Of a DNA stretch of 64,000 nt, positions 29,408 to 40,019 are shown piece by piece. Source of the stretch: Nitrospira sp. (GTDB lineage: Bacteria; Nitrospirota; Nitrospiria; Nitrospirales; Nitrospiraceae). The stretch is from assembly GCA_047150005.1 (NCBI GenBank), contig AP038806.1, positions 608,001-672,000 of the forward strand, read 5' to 3'. How positions within the stretch are numbered: position 1 is the stretch's first letter; every line of letters begins with the position of its first letter. The translations under genes and the position numbers were made by a program. A model generated the notes under the pieces. It saw only the letters and a program-made list of their open reading frames with translations, ran no database searches and was not told the origin of the DNA.

Positions 29408-30325
29408 CTAGGCACGTTTGAGCAACCGCCCGGTCGTTCCCGGCCATAGGAGCAACAGGGGGCTGGCGACAAAGATCGACGAGTATGTTCCAAAAATGAT
29501 TCCCCACAGAAGCGCCAGTGAGAAATCGTGCAACACCTCCCCGCCGGCGACGGTGAGGGGAACGAGGACCAGGACCACGGTTAAGCTGGTCACGATCGTG
29601 CGGCTCAACACCTGGTTGATGGCATTGTTGATCATCGTTTCCTCGCTGTCCCGCCGTCGAACCCGAAGATTCTCGCGAATGCGGTCGAAGACCACGACCG
29701 TGTCGGTCAGTGAGTACCCTGCCAAGGTCAAAAGAGCCGTCACGACCAACAGGGTGATCTCTTTGTCGAGAAGATAGAATGCGCCAAGAACGGCAAGCAC
29801 GTCGTGGAACGTCGCCAGAGCGGCCGCCACCCCGAAACGCAATTCAAAGCGCGCGGCAATGTAGAGGATAATGCCGGCGAACGACACGAGCACCGCAATC
29901 AACGCATCTTCCTGCAGCTTCTTGCCGATGGTAGGTCCGATTTCCGTGCTGGAGTCCACCACGAACGTGTTTCCGGGAAATTCCTTTGAAAAGATCGCGA
30001 CGACGCGCTCGGCCGTCTTGTGTTCCAGGGTCGTAGAGGCCTTCACCCGGATCAGCAACTTGTTGTCCTGGCCAAATTCTTGAAGTTCGGCATCCTCCAA
30101 CCCATTCGTCTCCAATGCCTTCCGAGCTTCGTCAATCTTGATCGGCTGGTCGAATTTCAGCTGCACCGCCGTGCCGCCGGCAAAGTCGATGCCCAGATTC
30201 GCCGCACCGCGGCCAATCTGGACAATCGCCAGTATTCCCAGCACGACCATGATGCCAGAAAAAAGGAACGAAATGTTCCGCTTGCCCATGAAATCGAAGT
30301 TTGTCTTTCCCAGAATTTCCAGCAT
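29408..30325 (-). CDS. secF: Protein translocase subunit SecF
   Basis: NLGIDFAGG, FHDV, GYSLTDTVVVFDRIREN, GTYSSIFVA. Confidence 0.97.
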   Translation of the reverse strand: MLEILGKTNFDFMGKRNISFLFSGIMVVLGILAIVQIGRGAANLGIDFAGGTAVQLKFDQPIKIDEARKALETNGLEDAELQEFGQDNKLLIRVKASTTLEHKTAERVVAIFSKEFPGNTFVVDSSTEIGPTIGKKLQEDALIAVLVSFAGIILYIAARFELRFGVAAALATFHDVLAVLGAFYLLDKEITLLVVTALLTLAGYSLTDTVVVFDRIRENLRVRRRDSEETMINNAINQVLSRTIVTSLTVVLVLVPLTVAGGEVLHDFSLALLWGIIFGTYSSIFVASPLLLLWPGTTGRLLKRA

Positions 30326-30340
30326 GCAGGCTCCTTCGAC

Positions 30341-31984
30341 CTAGATACTCAGCTGATCGACTTTGCGGCGTTGATTGATGATGTCAAAAATGACCTTGGT
30401 TCCGACCAAGGCCGTAAAGAGATTGATCGCGATGCCGAGACAGAGTGTGACGGCGAATCCCTTGATCGGACCGGTGCCGAACAGGAACAGCGCGACCCCT
30501 GTAATCAACGTCGTGACGTGGGAATCGATGATGGTGAGCAGCGCCTTGTCATAACCCCCATCGACTGCGAGCCTGACCGCTTTCCCCGATCGGAGTTCCT
30601 CACGGATGCGTTCGAAGATCAGCACGTTTGAATCGACTCCCATACCGATCGTGAGGACGATGCCGGCAATACCCGGCAAGGTCAACGTGGCCGTCAATGC
30701 GGACAATGCTCCCATCAGGCAGATCAGATTCAGAATCAACGCAACATCCGCGATGAGACCGGAGAGCCGGTAGTAGACGATCATGAAGATCATGACCATT
30801 GCGCCGGCCACCAACGTCGCCTTGATGCCCTTCTCGATCGAATCCCGGCCGAGCGACGGACCGACCGTCAGATCTTGAACGATCTTCAGCGGCGCCGGCA
30901 AAGCACCGGCCCGAAGCACGATGGCGAGATCATTGGCCTCTTGCGTCGAAAATGTTCCGGTAATCTGCGCCCGCCCACCAGAGATCCGTTCCTGAATCAC
31001 GGGGGCGGAATAGATGGTGTTGTCGAGCACCACCGCCATCCGTTTTTTTACGTTCTCGCTCGTGATGCGCTCAAACTCACGCCCGCCCTTGGCATCGAAC
31101 GTGATGGAAACGTACGGATCGTTGAATTGCCCGATCGACACACGCGCATCGCTCAGCACGTCGCCCGTGAGCATGACCCGTTTCTTCACCAAATACGGAA
31201 TGCGGTACTCCCGTCCCGTATCCTTATCGATCGCCCGCTCAAAGAGGATCTGATCGCCCTCCGGCAGCTTGCCCTCGAACTGCTTGAGCACCTCGGCTTC
31301 TTTATCCTTCGGCACCCTGGCAGGCAGATCCAATCTGATTTGGGTGTCCTCGTCCAGCATCTTGAATTCGAGCAACGCGGTTTCCTTGATCAGATCTTTG
31401 GCGCGTTTCGGCTCCTTGACCCCGGGCAATTGCACCACGATCTGCTTCAGGCCCTGCCGCTGCACGACCGGTTCGGCGACTCCAAACTGATCGATGCGAT
31501 TGCGGATGGTCTCGAGGGCTTGATTGATGGCGGAATCCTTAATGCGCTTTATCTCCGACTCCCGAAGCTCCCACACCAGCGCGTTGGCCGACCCTGCCGA
31601 GTCCTTCTCCGCAAAGGTCGGAAAGTCGTCGATCAATTTCTGGATCTGTGCTTTCAGGTCAGCGTTCTGGAACTGGACGGTGATGTCGGTCGGACTGGTG
31701 CGCTTGACCGACTCCGCCGGAATCTTCTTTTCCACCAGAAGGTCCTGCAGCGACGTCAGCGACCGGTCGACCGCGATTTCGACCGCCCGATCCTCGTCGA
31801 CTTCCATCACCATGTGGATCCCACCCTGGAGATCCAACCCGAGGGTGATGCCCTTGTTGGGCAACAGGGTCTTCAACCATCCCGGCAACCCTTGATACAA
31901 ATCCGGAACCGACGGCACGAACGCAACCACCGAAGCGATCACGACCAGCGCCAATAACGTCAACCGCCCGCTCACTTTCTTCAT
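30341..31984 (-). CDS. secD: Protein translocase subunit SecD
   Basis: LGLDLQGG, RIDQFGVAEP, LRAGALPAP, VGPSLG, VDSNVLIFERIREE. Confidence 0.97.
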   Translation of the reverse strand: MKKVSGRLTLLALVVIASVVAFVPSVPDLYQGLPGWLKTLLPNKGITLGLDLQGGIHMVMEVDEDRAVEIAVDRSLTSLQDLLVEKKIPAESVKRTSPTDITVQFQNADLKAQIQKLIDDFPTFAEKDSAGSANALVWELRESEIKRIKDSAINQALETIRNRIDQFGVAEPVVQRQGLKQIVVQLPGVKEPKRAKDLIKETALLEFKMLDEDTQIRLDLPARVPKDKEAEVLKQFEGKLPEGDQILFERAIDKDTGREYRIPYLVKKRVMLTGDVLSDARVSIGQFNDPYVSITFDAKGGREFERITSENVKKRMAVVLDNTIYSAPVIQERISGGRAQITGTFSTQEANDLAIVLRAGALPAPLKIVQDLTVGPSLGRDSIEKGIKATLVAGAMVMIFMIVYYRLSGLIADVALILNLICLMGALSALTATLTLPGIAGIVLTIGMGVDSNVLIFERIREELRSGKAVRLAVDGGYDKALLTIIDSHVTTLITGVALFLFGTGPIKGFAVTLCLGIAINLFTALVGTKVIFDIINQRRKVDQLSI

Positions 31985-32013
31985 CGTGTCTCTTGTCCCC
32001 TCGATGCTTAAGC

Positions 32014-32346
32014 CTAAGACTCTTTCTCGTCGTCATCGGCGCGCAACCGCGCAATGTGTTCCCGCTGAATCTTGACCTTGGTGTTGTCGGCAATTTGCAG
32101 CGTTACAGTCTCCTTGCCCAGATTCGCCACGACTCCCCAGACGCCGGAGGACGTGATGACCCGGTCGCCCTTCTTCAGGGCCTCCAACATGGCTCGTTGC
32201 TGCTTCTGCTTTTTCTGCTGCGGCAACACCAGCAGGAAATAAAAGATGACGAACACCAACACGAACGGGACGAGCGACAAGATGGTGCTCGCGCCGCTCC
32301 CCCCTCCGGCGGTCCCTTGGGCCCATGCGACAGATGCCATCAACAT
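32014..32346 (-). CDS. yajC: Preprotein translocase subunit YajC
   Basis: IFYFLLVLPQQKKQK...LKKGDRVITSSGVWG; between tgt and secD; start reset to ATG 32346. Confidence 0.93.
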   Translation of the reverse strand: MLMASVAWAQGTAGGGSGASTILSLVPFVLVFVIFYFLLVLPQQKKQKQQRAMLEALKKGDRVITSSGVWGVVANLGKETVTLQIADNTKVKIQREHIARLRADDDEKES

Positions 32347-32387
32347 AGACGAACCTGCTCCTCTCTGCAGCGAGACCTCCCGGTCTT

Positions 32388-33533
32388 CTAGTCGCCGTTG
32401 GCCTCCGCCGTGCCGACGAATTCCGAGGAGGCTTCTGCTCTCATACGATAAAACGTGTCCCGAAAATCCGTGAACGTTCCATTGGCGATGGACGCGCGCA
32501 TCCGGCGCATGAAACTGGAAAAATACCATAAGTTATGCATCGTATTGAGACGGGAGGCCAACATCTCTTTGACGTTGTACAGATGATGCAGATAGGCGCG
32601 TGAATATCGCACGCAGACCGGACAGGCACAGTTCGGATCGATCGGCCGCTCATCCCGTGCGTATCTGGCTTGCTTAATTGATACGCGCCCGAACTCGGTG
32701 AACAGCCACCCGGTCCTTCCATGACGTGACGGAATGACGCAATCGAACAGATCGATGCCGCGCGCCACCCCTTCGATGAGATTTTCCGGCATGCCGACTC
32801 CCATCAAGTAGCGAGGCTTCCCGGAGGGAAGCTCGGGAGCCGATATGTCCAACATCCGATACATCTCCTCCTTGGTTTCACCGACGGACAGCCCTCCGAT
32901 GGCATAGCCGTCGAAACCGAGCGCGACAATCTCACGCGCAGACTTCCGGCGAAGTTCGGAATCCAATCCTCCTTGGACGATTCCGAAGAGGGCCTGGTCC
33001 GTTCTCCGTCGACTGTGCTGACATCGCTCCGCCCACAGCGTGGTCCGTCGTACCGAGTCCGTCAACGTCTCTCGGCCGGCCGGCAACGCCACACACTGAT
33101 CAAAGGCCATGATGATGTCCGCTCCAAGATCCTCTTGGATTTCAATGGCTGATTCCGGGGTGATGACATGTGGCGACCCGTCCAGATGCGACCGAAAGGT
33201 CACGCCGTCGTCTGTGATCCGGCACAGCCCGGCCAAGCTGAAGATCTGAAAACCGCCGCTGTCGGTCAAAATGGCTCCGGGCCAGCCGGTGAACCGGTGC
33301 AACCCGCCGAGATCCGAAATCACTTTGTGTCCGGGCCGCAGGTACAGATGGTAGGCGTTGTTCAGAAACAAATGAAACCCCAATTGATGCAATTCTTGAG
33401 GATCGATCCCCTTGACCGGCCCCAACGTACCGACCGGCATGAAGGCAGGCGTCTCGATTCGGGCATGTGGAGTCGTCAGCATGCCCAACCTTGCATGCCC
33501 ACCCCGAGCTGTCTGTATCAGTGTGAATTCCAT
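32388..33533 (-). CDS. tgt: tRNA-guanine(34) transglycosylase
   Basis: TPAFMPVGT, TDSGGFQ, FGIVQGG, RYLMGVG, DLFDCV, C.C.VC zinc site. Confidence 0.97.
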   Translation of the reverse strand: MEFTLIQTARGGHARLGMLTTPHARIETPAFMPVGTLGPVKGIDPQELHQLGFHLFLNNAYHLYLRPGHKVISDLGGLHRFTGWPGAILTDSGGFQIFSLAGLCRITDDGVTFRSHLDGSPHVITPESAIEIQEDLGADIIMAFDQCVALPAGRETLTDSVRRTTLWAERCQHSRRRTDQALFGIVQGGLDSELRRKSAREIVALGFDGYAIGGLSVGETKEEMYRMLDISAPELPSGKPRYLMGVGMPENLIEGVARGIDLFDCVIPSRHGRTGWLFTEFGRVSIKQARYARDERPIDPNCACPVCVRYSRAYLHHLYNVKEMLASRLNTMHNLWYFSSFMRRMRASIANGTFTDFRDTFYRMRAEASSEFVGTAEANGD

Positions 33534-33557
33534 GCTGTTGCCGGCCTGGCTCTCTAT

Positions 33558-35312
33558 TTACATATGGTCCGGCGCGGAGATTCCAAGCAGTGACAGGCCG
33601 TTCCTGAGCACTTGCTGGACGCCGGCCATCAATGCCAGGCGCGCGGCTGTCCGTTCGGAGTCGACGGTCTCCCGTTGTATTTCTTCCTCGGACGCCACGG
33701 CTCCGGATTCGCCGTCCACACCCTCTTTGTCGACGGCCGGTGGCAGAATTCGATGCTTGTTATAGAACCCGTGAAGCAATCCCGCCAGCTGCTGCAGATA
33801 ATAGGTGAGCCGATGGGGTTCGTATGATAGGGCACTGGCGTGAACGACGGAAGGAAACGCCGAGAGCTTGCGAATCAAAGCAAGCTCGTCCGGATCGGTC
33901 AGCATTCCCAAGTCGGTCCGGCCGGAAAGGGGACGGTCGATACCGCGCGACTTGGATACCCGCCAGAGGCTGGAGATTCTGGCATGAGCATATTGCACGT
34001 AGTAAACGGGATTCTCGGCTGACCGTTGCTTGGCCAGTTCCAGATCGAAATCGAGATGAGTCTTGGAATCTCGCATGAGGAAATAGAACTTCGCCGCATC
34101 GGCTCCCACTTCATCGATGACATCCCGAAGGGTGATGAACTCACCGGTGCGCTTCGACATCTTCACTTCCACACCGCCACGCAGAAGCTTGACGAGCTGC
34201 ACGAGGACGACTTGGAGTCGCTCCTTCGGATGCCCATAGACCTGCATCACGGCCTGCATGCGAGGAATGTACCCATGGTGGTCCGCCCCCCACACATCGA
34301 TCAACAAATCATATCCTCGCTGCAGCTTGTCCCAATGATAGGCGATGTCGGATGCGAGATAGGTATACTCTCCGTCTTGTTTCTTGACGACACGGTCCTT
34401 CTCGTCCCCGAATCGGGAGGATCGAAACCACCAGGCGCCGTCTTGCTCGAACAGTAGTTGTCGAGACTTCAGGTCATCCAACACCCGCTCAACGGCATTG
34501 GAGGATAGGAGAGAGGCTTCACTGAACCACGACTGGAATTCGATACCGAACGAGCGGAGATCCTGGCGAATCAGGTTCAGCAGATCCTCGAGCGCGAAGC
34601 GGCGGCATTGCGTCTCCAAGTCATCGACGCCCTGACCTCCGTCGGAGGATTCCCGACGCTGCCGCAGCCGCTCCGCCACGGCGGTGATATAGGCACCATG
34701 GTACCCGTCGACCGGGAAGTCCGCTGGACGGCCGCTCAATTCTTGATAGCGGGCATAGACCGATTCGCCCAGGAGCTTTGTCTGACGACCCGCATCGTTG
34801 ATGTAGTATTCACTGACGACATCGTACCCGACGGCATCCAGCAAATTAGCAACGGCCTGCCCCACCGCCGCTCCGCGACCATGTCCGACGTGCAAGGGAC
34901 CGGTCGGGTTCGCACTCACATACTCGATGAGGATGCGTCGCCTGCCGCCTGAATTGCTTCGGCCATAGCCGTCACCCTGAGCTTCAATCTCGCGTAATAC
35001 CTCCTGCCAAACCGCCGGCTTCACCGTGAGGTTGAGAAAACCCGGCTGGACGATTTCGACACGATCAAATAGCCGGTCGTCCTGCGCCAATTCTTCAACA
35101 ATGATCCGGGCGATATCGTTCGGGCTTCTTTGTTCCGAAGAGGCCAGCGTCAGAGCCACGGTCGAAGCGAGATCCCCCCACTCCGGACGCTTGGGAGCAT
35201 CCAGGCTTAGAGCGGGCCATGATTCCGTCTTTAGCAGCCCTTTTTTCTTCGCCCCGTTCAGGGCGCCAAGCAACGCGCTGGCGACTTTGTGCAGCACCAC
35301 ACCCTGAGACAC
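33558..35312 (-). CDS. argS: Arginine-tRNA ligase
   Basis: EYVSANPTGPLHVGHGR, WGADHHGY, KMSKR, NPVYYVQYAHAR, LGISAPDHM. Confidence 0.97.
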   Translation of the reverse strand: MSQGVVLHKVASALLGALNGAKKKGLLKTESWPALSLDAPKRPEWGDLASTVALTLASSEQRSPNDIARIIVEELAQDDRLFDRVEIVQPGFLNLTVKPAVWQEVLREIEAQGDGYGRSNSGGRRRILIEYVSANPTGPLHVGHGRGAAVGQAVANLLDAVGYDVVSEYYINDAGRQTKLLGESVYARYQELSGRPADFPVDGYHGAYITAVAERLRQRRESSDGGQGVDDLETQCRRFALEDLLNLIRQDLRSFGIEFQSWFSEASLLSSNAVERVLDDLKSRQLLFEQDGAWWFRSSRFGDEKDRVVKKQDGEYTYLASDIAYHWDKLQRGYDLLIDVWGADHHGYIPRMQAVMQVYGHPKERLQVVLVQLVKLLRGGVEVKMSKRTGEFITLRDVIDEVGADAAKFYFLMRDSKTHLDFDLELAKQRSAENPVYYVQYAHARISSLWRVSKSRGIDRPLSGRTDLGMLTDPDELALIRKLSAFPSVVHASALSYEPHRLTYYLQQLAGLLHGFYNKHRILPPAVDKEGVDGESGAVASEEEIQRETVDSERTAARLALMAGVQQVLRNGLSLLGISAPDHM

Positions 35313-35365
35313 CTAATCACTCCTAAGTCCTTAGCATTGAAAGAGAAAATTAGCCTGTCACTCTA

Positions 35366-36403
35366 TCACACGACCTGTTCGGAGACAAGGCGCTTCGTGA
35401 GGATTTTCGAGGGGTTGCGGCGAGCCAGCCGAGACCGACAGATATCCAATAGGGTACGTGGCGAGATGCCGAGGCAGGGGCGTTCGACACAGCAGCGAAC
35501 TGCGTCCCAATTAGGACATCGACAGGCATCGGCCTTCACAGCAGTCACATGAGTCCCCAGTGGGGACCAGCGTTCCGTCATGGTGGGACCGAAGAGGGCT
35601 ATCGTTTCCACTCCGAGCGATGCCGACAGATGGCTGACTCCGGAATCATGTCCCACGAAGAGATCGGCCACCGCAAGGACGCCGGCCAGCAATCCCAGAT
35701 TTAGATCCTGCAATACGATGATCCGTTTCTCTAATCGCCGAACAACTTCGACGACCGGTATGTGATCGGCCGGACCCTCCACCAAGGCAGGGCTCCATCC
35801 ATCCTGTCTCAGACCGTCAATCACCTCGGCAAGTATCTCCGGCTTGGCGCACTTAAACGGACTCCCGCTTCCGGGATGGAGCAGAATGATCTCTCGATCT
35901 GGATCGATGCCGGTCTCGCGAAACCGTGCGCGCCCAAGTTCAAGGAGACGATGGGGCAACAGCAGCGGACCAGGCTGCGAGTACTCTTTCGACGCCTCGC
36001 CCAACGCATCCAGAAATCGATCGCTCTGATGGACCGAAGACAGCAGATTGGAAAAGGGCGAGCAGACAGTGACTTTCCCTTGTACGTATCTCCTGAGAAC
36101 CCCTTCAAGGATCCCTCTTTCATCGCCGACCCAGGCGACGGCCAGATCGCATCTCGTCAACCAATCCCAGATCTCGCTTCCCGCCTCGACGAAGCCGCCG
36201 AACAGTTGGCCGAAACTGAATCCCCGTGCCGACATCCATCCATCGATCACGTCACAATCTTTCAGCAGTTCCCCGATCTCGTCGTTGGCACAGAGTAAGA
36301 ACTCATGACCGGGGAATTTTCTTCGGAGGAAGCCAATGGCCGGCAAGGCGAGCAGCACGTCCCCCAAGGCCCCCGGATGAATCATGACGACGGTTCGTAT
36401 CAC
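35366..36403 (-). CDS. Glycosyltransferase family 9 (heptosyltransferase-like)
   Basis: GALGDVLL, HPGSGS..K, VGHDSGVSHL, ALFGPT. Confidence 0.88.
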   Translation of the reverse strand: MIRTVVMIHPGALGDVLLALPAIGFLRRKFPGHEFLLCANDEIGELLKDCDVIDGWMSARGFSFGQLFGGFVEAGSEIWDWLTRCDLAVAWVGDERGILEGVLRRYVQGKVTVCSPFSNLLSSVHQSDRFLDALGEASKEYSQPGPLLLPHRLLELGRARFRETGIDPDREIILLHPGSGSPFKCAKPEILAEVIDGLRQDGWSPALVEGPADHIPVVEVVRRLEKRIIVLQDLNLGLLAGVLAVADLFVGHDSGVSHLSASLGVETIALFGPTMTERWSPLGTHVTAVKADACRCPNWDAVRCCVERPCLGISPRTLLDICRSRLARRNPSKILTKRLVSEQVV

Positions 36404-37029
36404 GGTTGGGCAGGACGATTCCGAAGTCGGCCGTCTGCGAAGATCGACCGGGCCGATTCAAGATCGGCCGGTGTGTTGATGTTTACAAAAGCTCGCCCGT
36501 CCGGGTCGATCAACTTCAAGTCCTCCGCAGTGACGACATGGGACTTCAGTACCGGGTCTTCGACCAGCCTGTGAATCCGCAGGTCCTTCGCCGCCATCAG
36601 GGATTCCATGACCGGCAGGCACCGCCGCCCGTACAGCGCATGCATGGGATGCCACCCATTGTCCAGTTTCGCCATCACGATGTCCGCCTCGCCCTTGAGA
36701 TCAACAAAGTATCGGACGGTCTCCTGATTAAAAAAGGGCATGTCGCAAGCGACCACGAAAATCCGGCTCGTTCGCGCACGTTTCAATCCCGTATAAAGTC
36801 CTCCGAGACTTCCGCAATCAGCCACGAGATCACGGGCGACCGGAACGACGGACGGAAGTTCGGGGCTGTCTTGCGCAATCACGATCATGACGTCCTGAAA
36901 GACCGAACGGAGGATGTCGAGGCTTCGCTCCAGGAGGGTCCGTGTACCGATCTCGACAAACCGCTTGTCCTCTCCCATTCGCCGGCTTTTTCCGCCGGCG
37001 AGCAGGATACCCGTGACCTCGGTGATCAT
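36400..37029 (-). CDS. mobA: Molybdenum cofactor guanylyltransferase
   Basis: LLAGGKSRRMGEDK, GSLGGLYTGL, VACDMPF, NINTPAD. Confidence 0.93.
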   Translation of the reverse strand: MITEVTGILLAGGKSRRMGEDKRFVEIGTRTLLERSLDILRSVFQDVMIVIAQDSPELPSVVPVARDLVADCGSLGGLYTGLKRARTSRIFVVACDMPFFNQETVRYFVDLKGEADIVMAKLDNGWHPMHALYGRRCLPVMESLMAAKDLRIHRLVEDPVLKSHVVTAEDLKLIDPDGRAFVNINTPADLESARSIFADGRLRNRPAQP

Positions 37030-37052
37030 TATGAATTCAGCATTGCAGACTG

Positions 37053-37088
37053 AAAAACAAAGAGGGGGTGGGTTTCCCCACCCCCTCT
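37053..37088 (-). terminator. Intrinsic terminator ending the bd-like oxidase/cytochrome c operon
   Basis: AGAGGGGGTGGG-loop-CCCACCCCCTCT followed on the minus strand by TTGTTTTT. Confidence 0.85.
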
Positions 37089-37114
37089 AAACGTTGAACC
37101 TCTCTCTGCGGCGA

Positions 37115-38905
37115 TTAGAGGGTCTTCCCCTTCTTCTTATTCGCCCGTCGGGTCATGACCCACCCTTCCAGCAGCACAATACCAAACGCAATGACTGCCG
37201 GATAGATGTACGTCTCGCGGGGAATCGGCGGATTCAAGAACGTGTAGTAGAAGGCCGACACGGCCATCTTTCGTCCTGCATCACCGTTGTGCCCGTCCCA
37301 GGCAAAGAACACCGTGGGAACATATTGGCCGACTTCAAAGAACGTGTCCTCGTCATAATCCTGATCCTTCTTGTTCCCCAACGGACGTTGGATCATGACG
37401 TACCACCGACCATCCTTCCACTCAGCCTTGAGGACCTTGAGACTCTCCTCATAGGTGTCGCGCTCTTCAAAGTCTTTGTCCCATCCGGTGCCCTTGAATG
37501 CCCGGATAGATCCATCTGCTTCCCACTTCACAATGTCGACCGGGAACTGCTCGCTGGTTCCGAACAGGTAGCGCGGCTTGATCGGAGCCGGCAATTCCTT
37601 CCACTTCACCGGGTGCTCAATTCCGATGGCATCGTTATACACTTTGTAATTATTCTGATTGGCCGCGATGGATCCTTCCTCGCCGGTCTTGGGATCCTGC
37701 TCCTTGATATCAATATTCACCTGCGTAGGTGCCCAAGGCAGTTTGCCTTCGGCAACACTCTTGGTCCGATCGTCCCACTCCACCAAATAGACGAGCGACT
37801 TGTCGTTATACAGAGCCCTTACCCAGATATCGTCGATGCGATTGACGAAATTTCTTGGTTTGTGGGTGATCTGTCCGCCCATCGCCACATATCGCCGAGG
37901 GGCCTTCTGCCACGCCTCATTCTGAAGATCGGCCGGAATCTCTCCTTCCACCAGATTCGCCGGCACAACGAAATTGATCTTCGGCTTGTCGGTCAACGGA
38001 TCGATCGGGAGCGGATTGCCTTCAACATCCCGCTCGCACAACGAATTCACAAAATTCGCAATGTCCCACCGCTCGTCGACCGTAGTGTTATCCGCGAACG
38101 ACGGCATCGGTGTTCCGTTGACCCCGGTCGAGAAGGTCCGGAAAATGTTCCTCACATTGTACGGGTCCTGCCGGCTACCGCGGAAATTCCAGCACTTATG
38201 CCAGTCGGCAGGCTGAATGGAAAATCCCCAGTCGTCTTTCAGATTGAACGCGTTCCCATCACCACGCCCTTCGGTACCGTGACACTCTATGCATTTCTTT
38301 TCGACGATGAGTTCGGAACCGCGCTTCAGACTCTCTTCATTGGCTGCTTTCGGCTTCATATCCGCCATCTGAAGAATCGACTGAGTCTCCGACTGCTTGT
38401 CCGTGAACTTCCGGTCCTTCACCAATTGGGTTGTGACGAAGGAGAGCACCTGAAGCCGCTGTTCCTCGGTCAGAATACCTTCCCACGAAGGCATGGCCGA
38501 ACCGGGTAACCCGTGCGTGACGGTCTCAAACAGGTCGTTTTGACCTGCTATCGGCTTCTTCGCGTCGAACAGAGGGAGCTCACCGCTCGCTGTATGACGG
38601 ATCTTAAAGGTACCTTGATTGAAATTGCGGGGACGAGGCCACAGGCGGTCGGCACCGGGGCCATCGCCCGCTCCATCGACACCATGGCACCACACACACT
38701 TTGTAAAGTACACCCGCTTCCCCGCTTCGATCATCTCGGCGGAGGGCTCAGGAGCGAGGTCTCCCTTCTTGAATCCCTCCGGCAACCCCTCGGCGCCGAC
38801 GAACGGAATGCCCATCTGCCCGGAGGCCAGGATGATGCCGAAGGCGGCAGCGGCGGCCACTCCTACCTTCTGACTTGCGCTCTTTCTCATGTTTATCCTC
38901 TTCAT
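37115..38905 (-). CDS. Diheme cytochrome c fused to EB_dh-like domain with C-terminal TM helix (alternative NXR gamma candidate)
   Basis: Signal peptide; CVWCH and CIECH with distal Met (GSAMPSW, GTPMPSF); VEWDDRT, FFAWDG...GRK; C-terminal hydrophobic helix. Confidence 0.85.
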   Translation of the reverse strand: MKRINMRKSASQKVGVAAAAAFGIILASGQMGIPFVGAEGLPEGFKKGDLAPEPSAEMIEAGKRVYFTKCVWCHGVDGAGDGPGADRLWPRPRNFNQGTFKIRHTASGELPLFDAKKPIAGQNDLFETVTHGLPGSAMPSWEGILTEEQRLQVLSFVTTQLVKDRKFTDKQSETQSILQMADMKPKAANEESLKRGSELIVEKKCIECHGTEGRGDGNAFNLKDDWGFSIQPADWHKCWNFRGSRQDPYNVRNIFRTFSTGVNGTPMPSFADNTTVDERWDIANFVNSLCERDVEGNPLPIDPLTDKPKINFVVPANLVEGEIPADLQNEAWQKAPRRYVAMGGQITHKPRNFVNRIDDIWVRALYNDKSLVYLVEWDDRTKSVAEGKLPWAPTQVNIDIKEQDPKTGEEGSIAANQNNYKVYNDAIGIEHPVKWKELPAPIKPRYLFGTSEQFPVDIVKWEADGSIRAFKGTGWDKDFEERDTYEESLKVLKAEWKDGRWYVMIQRPLGNKKDQDYDEDTFFEVGQYVPTVFFAWDGHNGDAGRKMAVSAFYYTFLNPPIPRETYIYPAVIAFGIVLLEGWVMTRRANKKKGKTL

Positions 38906-38939
38906 CTAAGTCCAGGTTGTCGAAAAAGCCTTCGGCGCA

Positions 38940-39977
38940 TTAATCCCATGTACGGGGATAGTAGCCGGTATGCCAATATTCGAAGAGAATGACCTTCCAG
39001 ATTTCGTCGACGGTCAGGTGCTGCTCCCAAGGCGGCATGACGGACGCCCAGGGAAAGCCTTCGTTCGGCAATCCGATTCCGCCTTTTGACACGCGCCAGA
39101 AAATAAAGGTCTCTTGGAGCTGGGCGATGGTGCCCGGATCTGTGAAGTTCGCTGGAATGGGATTGAAGGCAAAGGCATGGAGCCCACGGCCGTTCAGATT
39201 GTCACCGTGACAGAAGTGACAATTCTGAAAGAAAATCTCGCCGCCTTCACGGACGTACTTCAAGTAGCCTTGCGCGTTTTGGTCCCAAGGATTGGCGTTC
39301 GGCTTCATGAGCCGACCCATACCCTGTTCTACAATGTTTGCGTTGGTATATTCCTGATCGTATTTCCCTTCGGGATTGACCCGGTAAGGATTCTGCGAGG
39401 TCTGCAACACGTAGGTCTTGCCGTGTACCTTGGTGCTGGCCGGAGGAGCCGGATGCACGGTCCGAAGCTCGATCGGCTCTTCGGATTTTGGGACCATTGC
39501 ATTGTACGAAAACCCGCCGATCAGGATCGGCAGCAGAACCAGGTAGACGTAGCGCAATAGCTTGTTCGTGCCTGTCTGCGCGTCCATCACGTTCAAGATC
39601 GGCTGCTTGAATTTCTTCCAGTCCTCCTCGTTCGCCGATACCCACATGAACACCGCTACGAGAGACACGGTCCCGTACATCGCCCGCACGCTGAACGGAA
39701 TGGGCGGATACACCCGGAACTTCAGGTACAACAAAATGAACGCCCAGAATGCGATTCCCTGCCAGAACCGGGGGATGCCCATACCCATTGAACTGAGCAT
39801 ATAGCTTAATCCCGCAAAGCCGGCCACGAAGATCGCCAACTCCATGATCATCTGCATGGGCATGTAGCCCTCAACCAAGCGCACGGTGTTCGACGGGACA
39901 ACGTCGAAGATCATCCCGACCAGCAGGAGGAGTCCAACGACTCCAACCAGCGCACCGACGGACATCAAAGCTTTCAT
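38940..39977 (-). CDS. Membrane-bound monoheme cytochrome c
   Basis: About five N-terminal TM helices; CHFCH; ASVMPPW distal Met. Confidence 0.88.
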   Translation of the reverse strand: MKALMSVGALVGVVGLLLLVGMIFDVVPSNTVRLVEGYMPMQMIMELAIFVAGFAGLSYMLSSMGMGIPRFWQGIAFWAFILLYLKFRVYPPIPFSVRAMYGTVSLVAVFMWVSANEEDWKKFKQPILNVMDAQTGTNKLLRYVYLVLLPILIGGFSYNAMVPKSEEPIELRTVHPAPPASTKVHGKTYVLQTSQNPYRVNPEGKYDQEYTNANIVEQGMGRLMKPNANPWDQNAQGYLKYVREGGEIFFQNCHFCHGDNLNGRGLHAFAFNPIPANFTDPGTIAQLQETFIFWRVSKGGIGLPNEGFPWASVMPPWEQHLTVDEIWKVILFEYWHTGYYPRTWD

Positions 39978-40019
39978 GGGTTAACTCCCTCTTAGTCTTC
40001 GAACGATAAACCGCAACAA

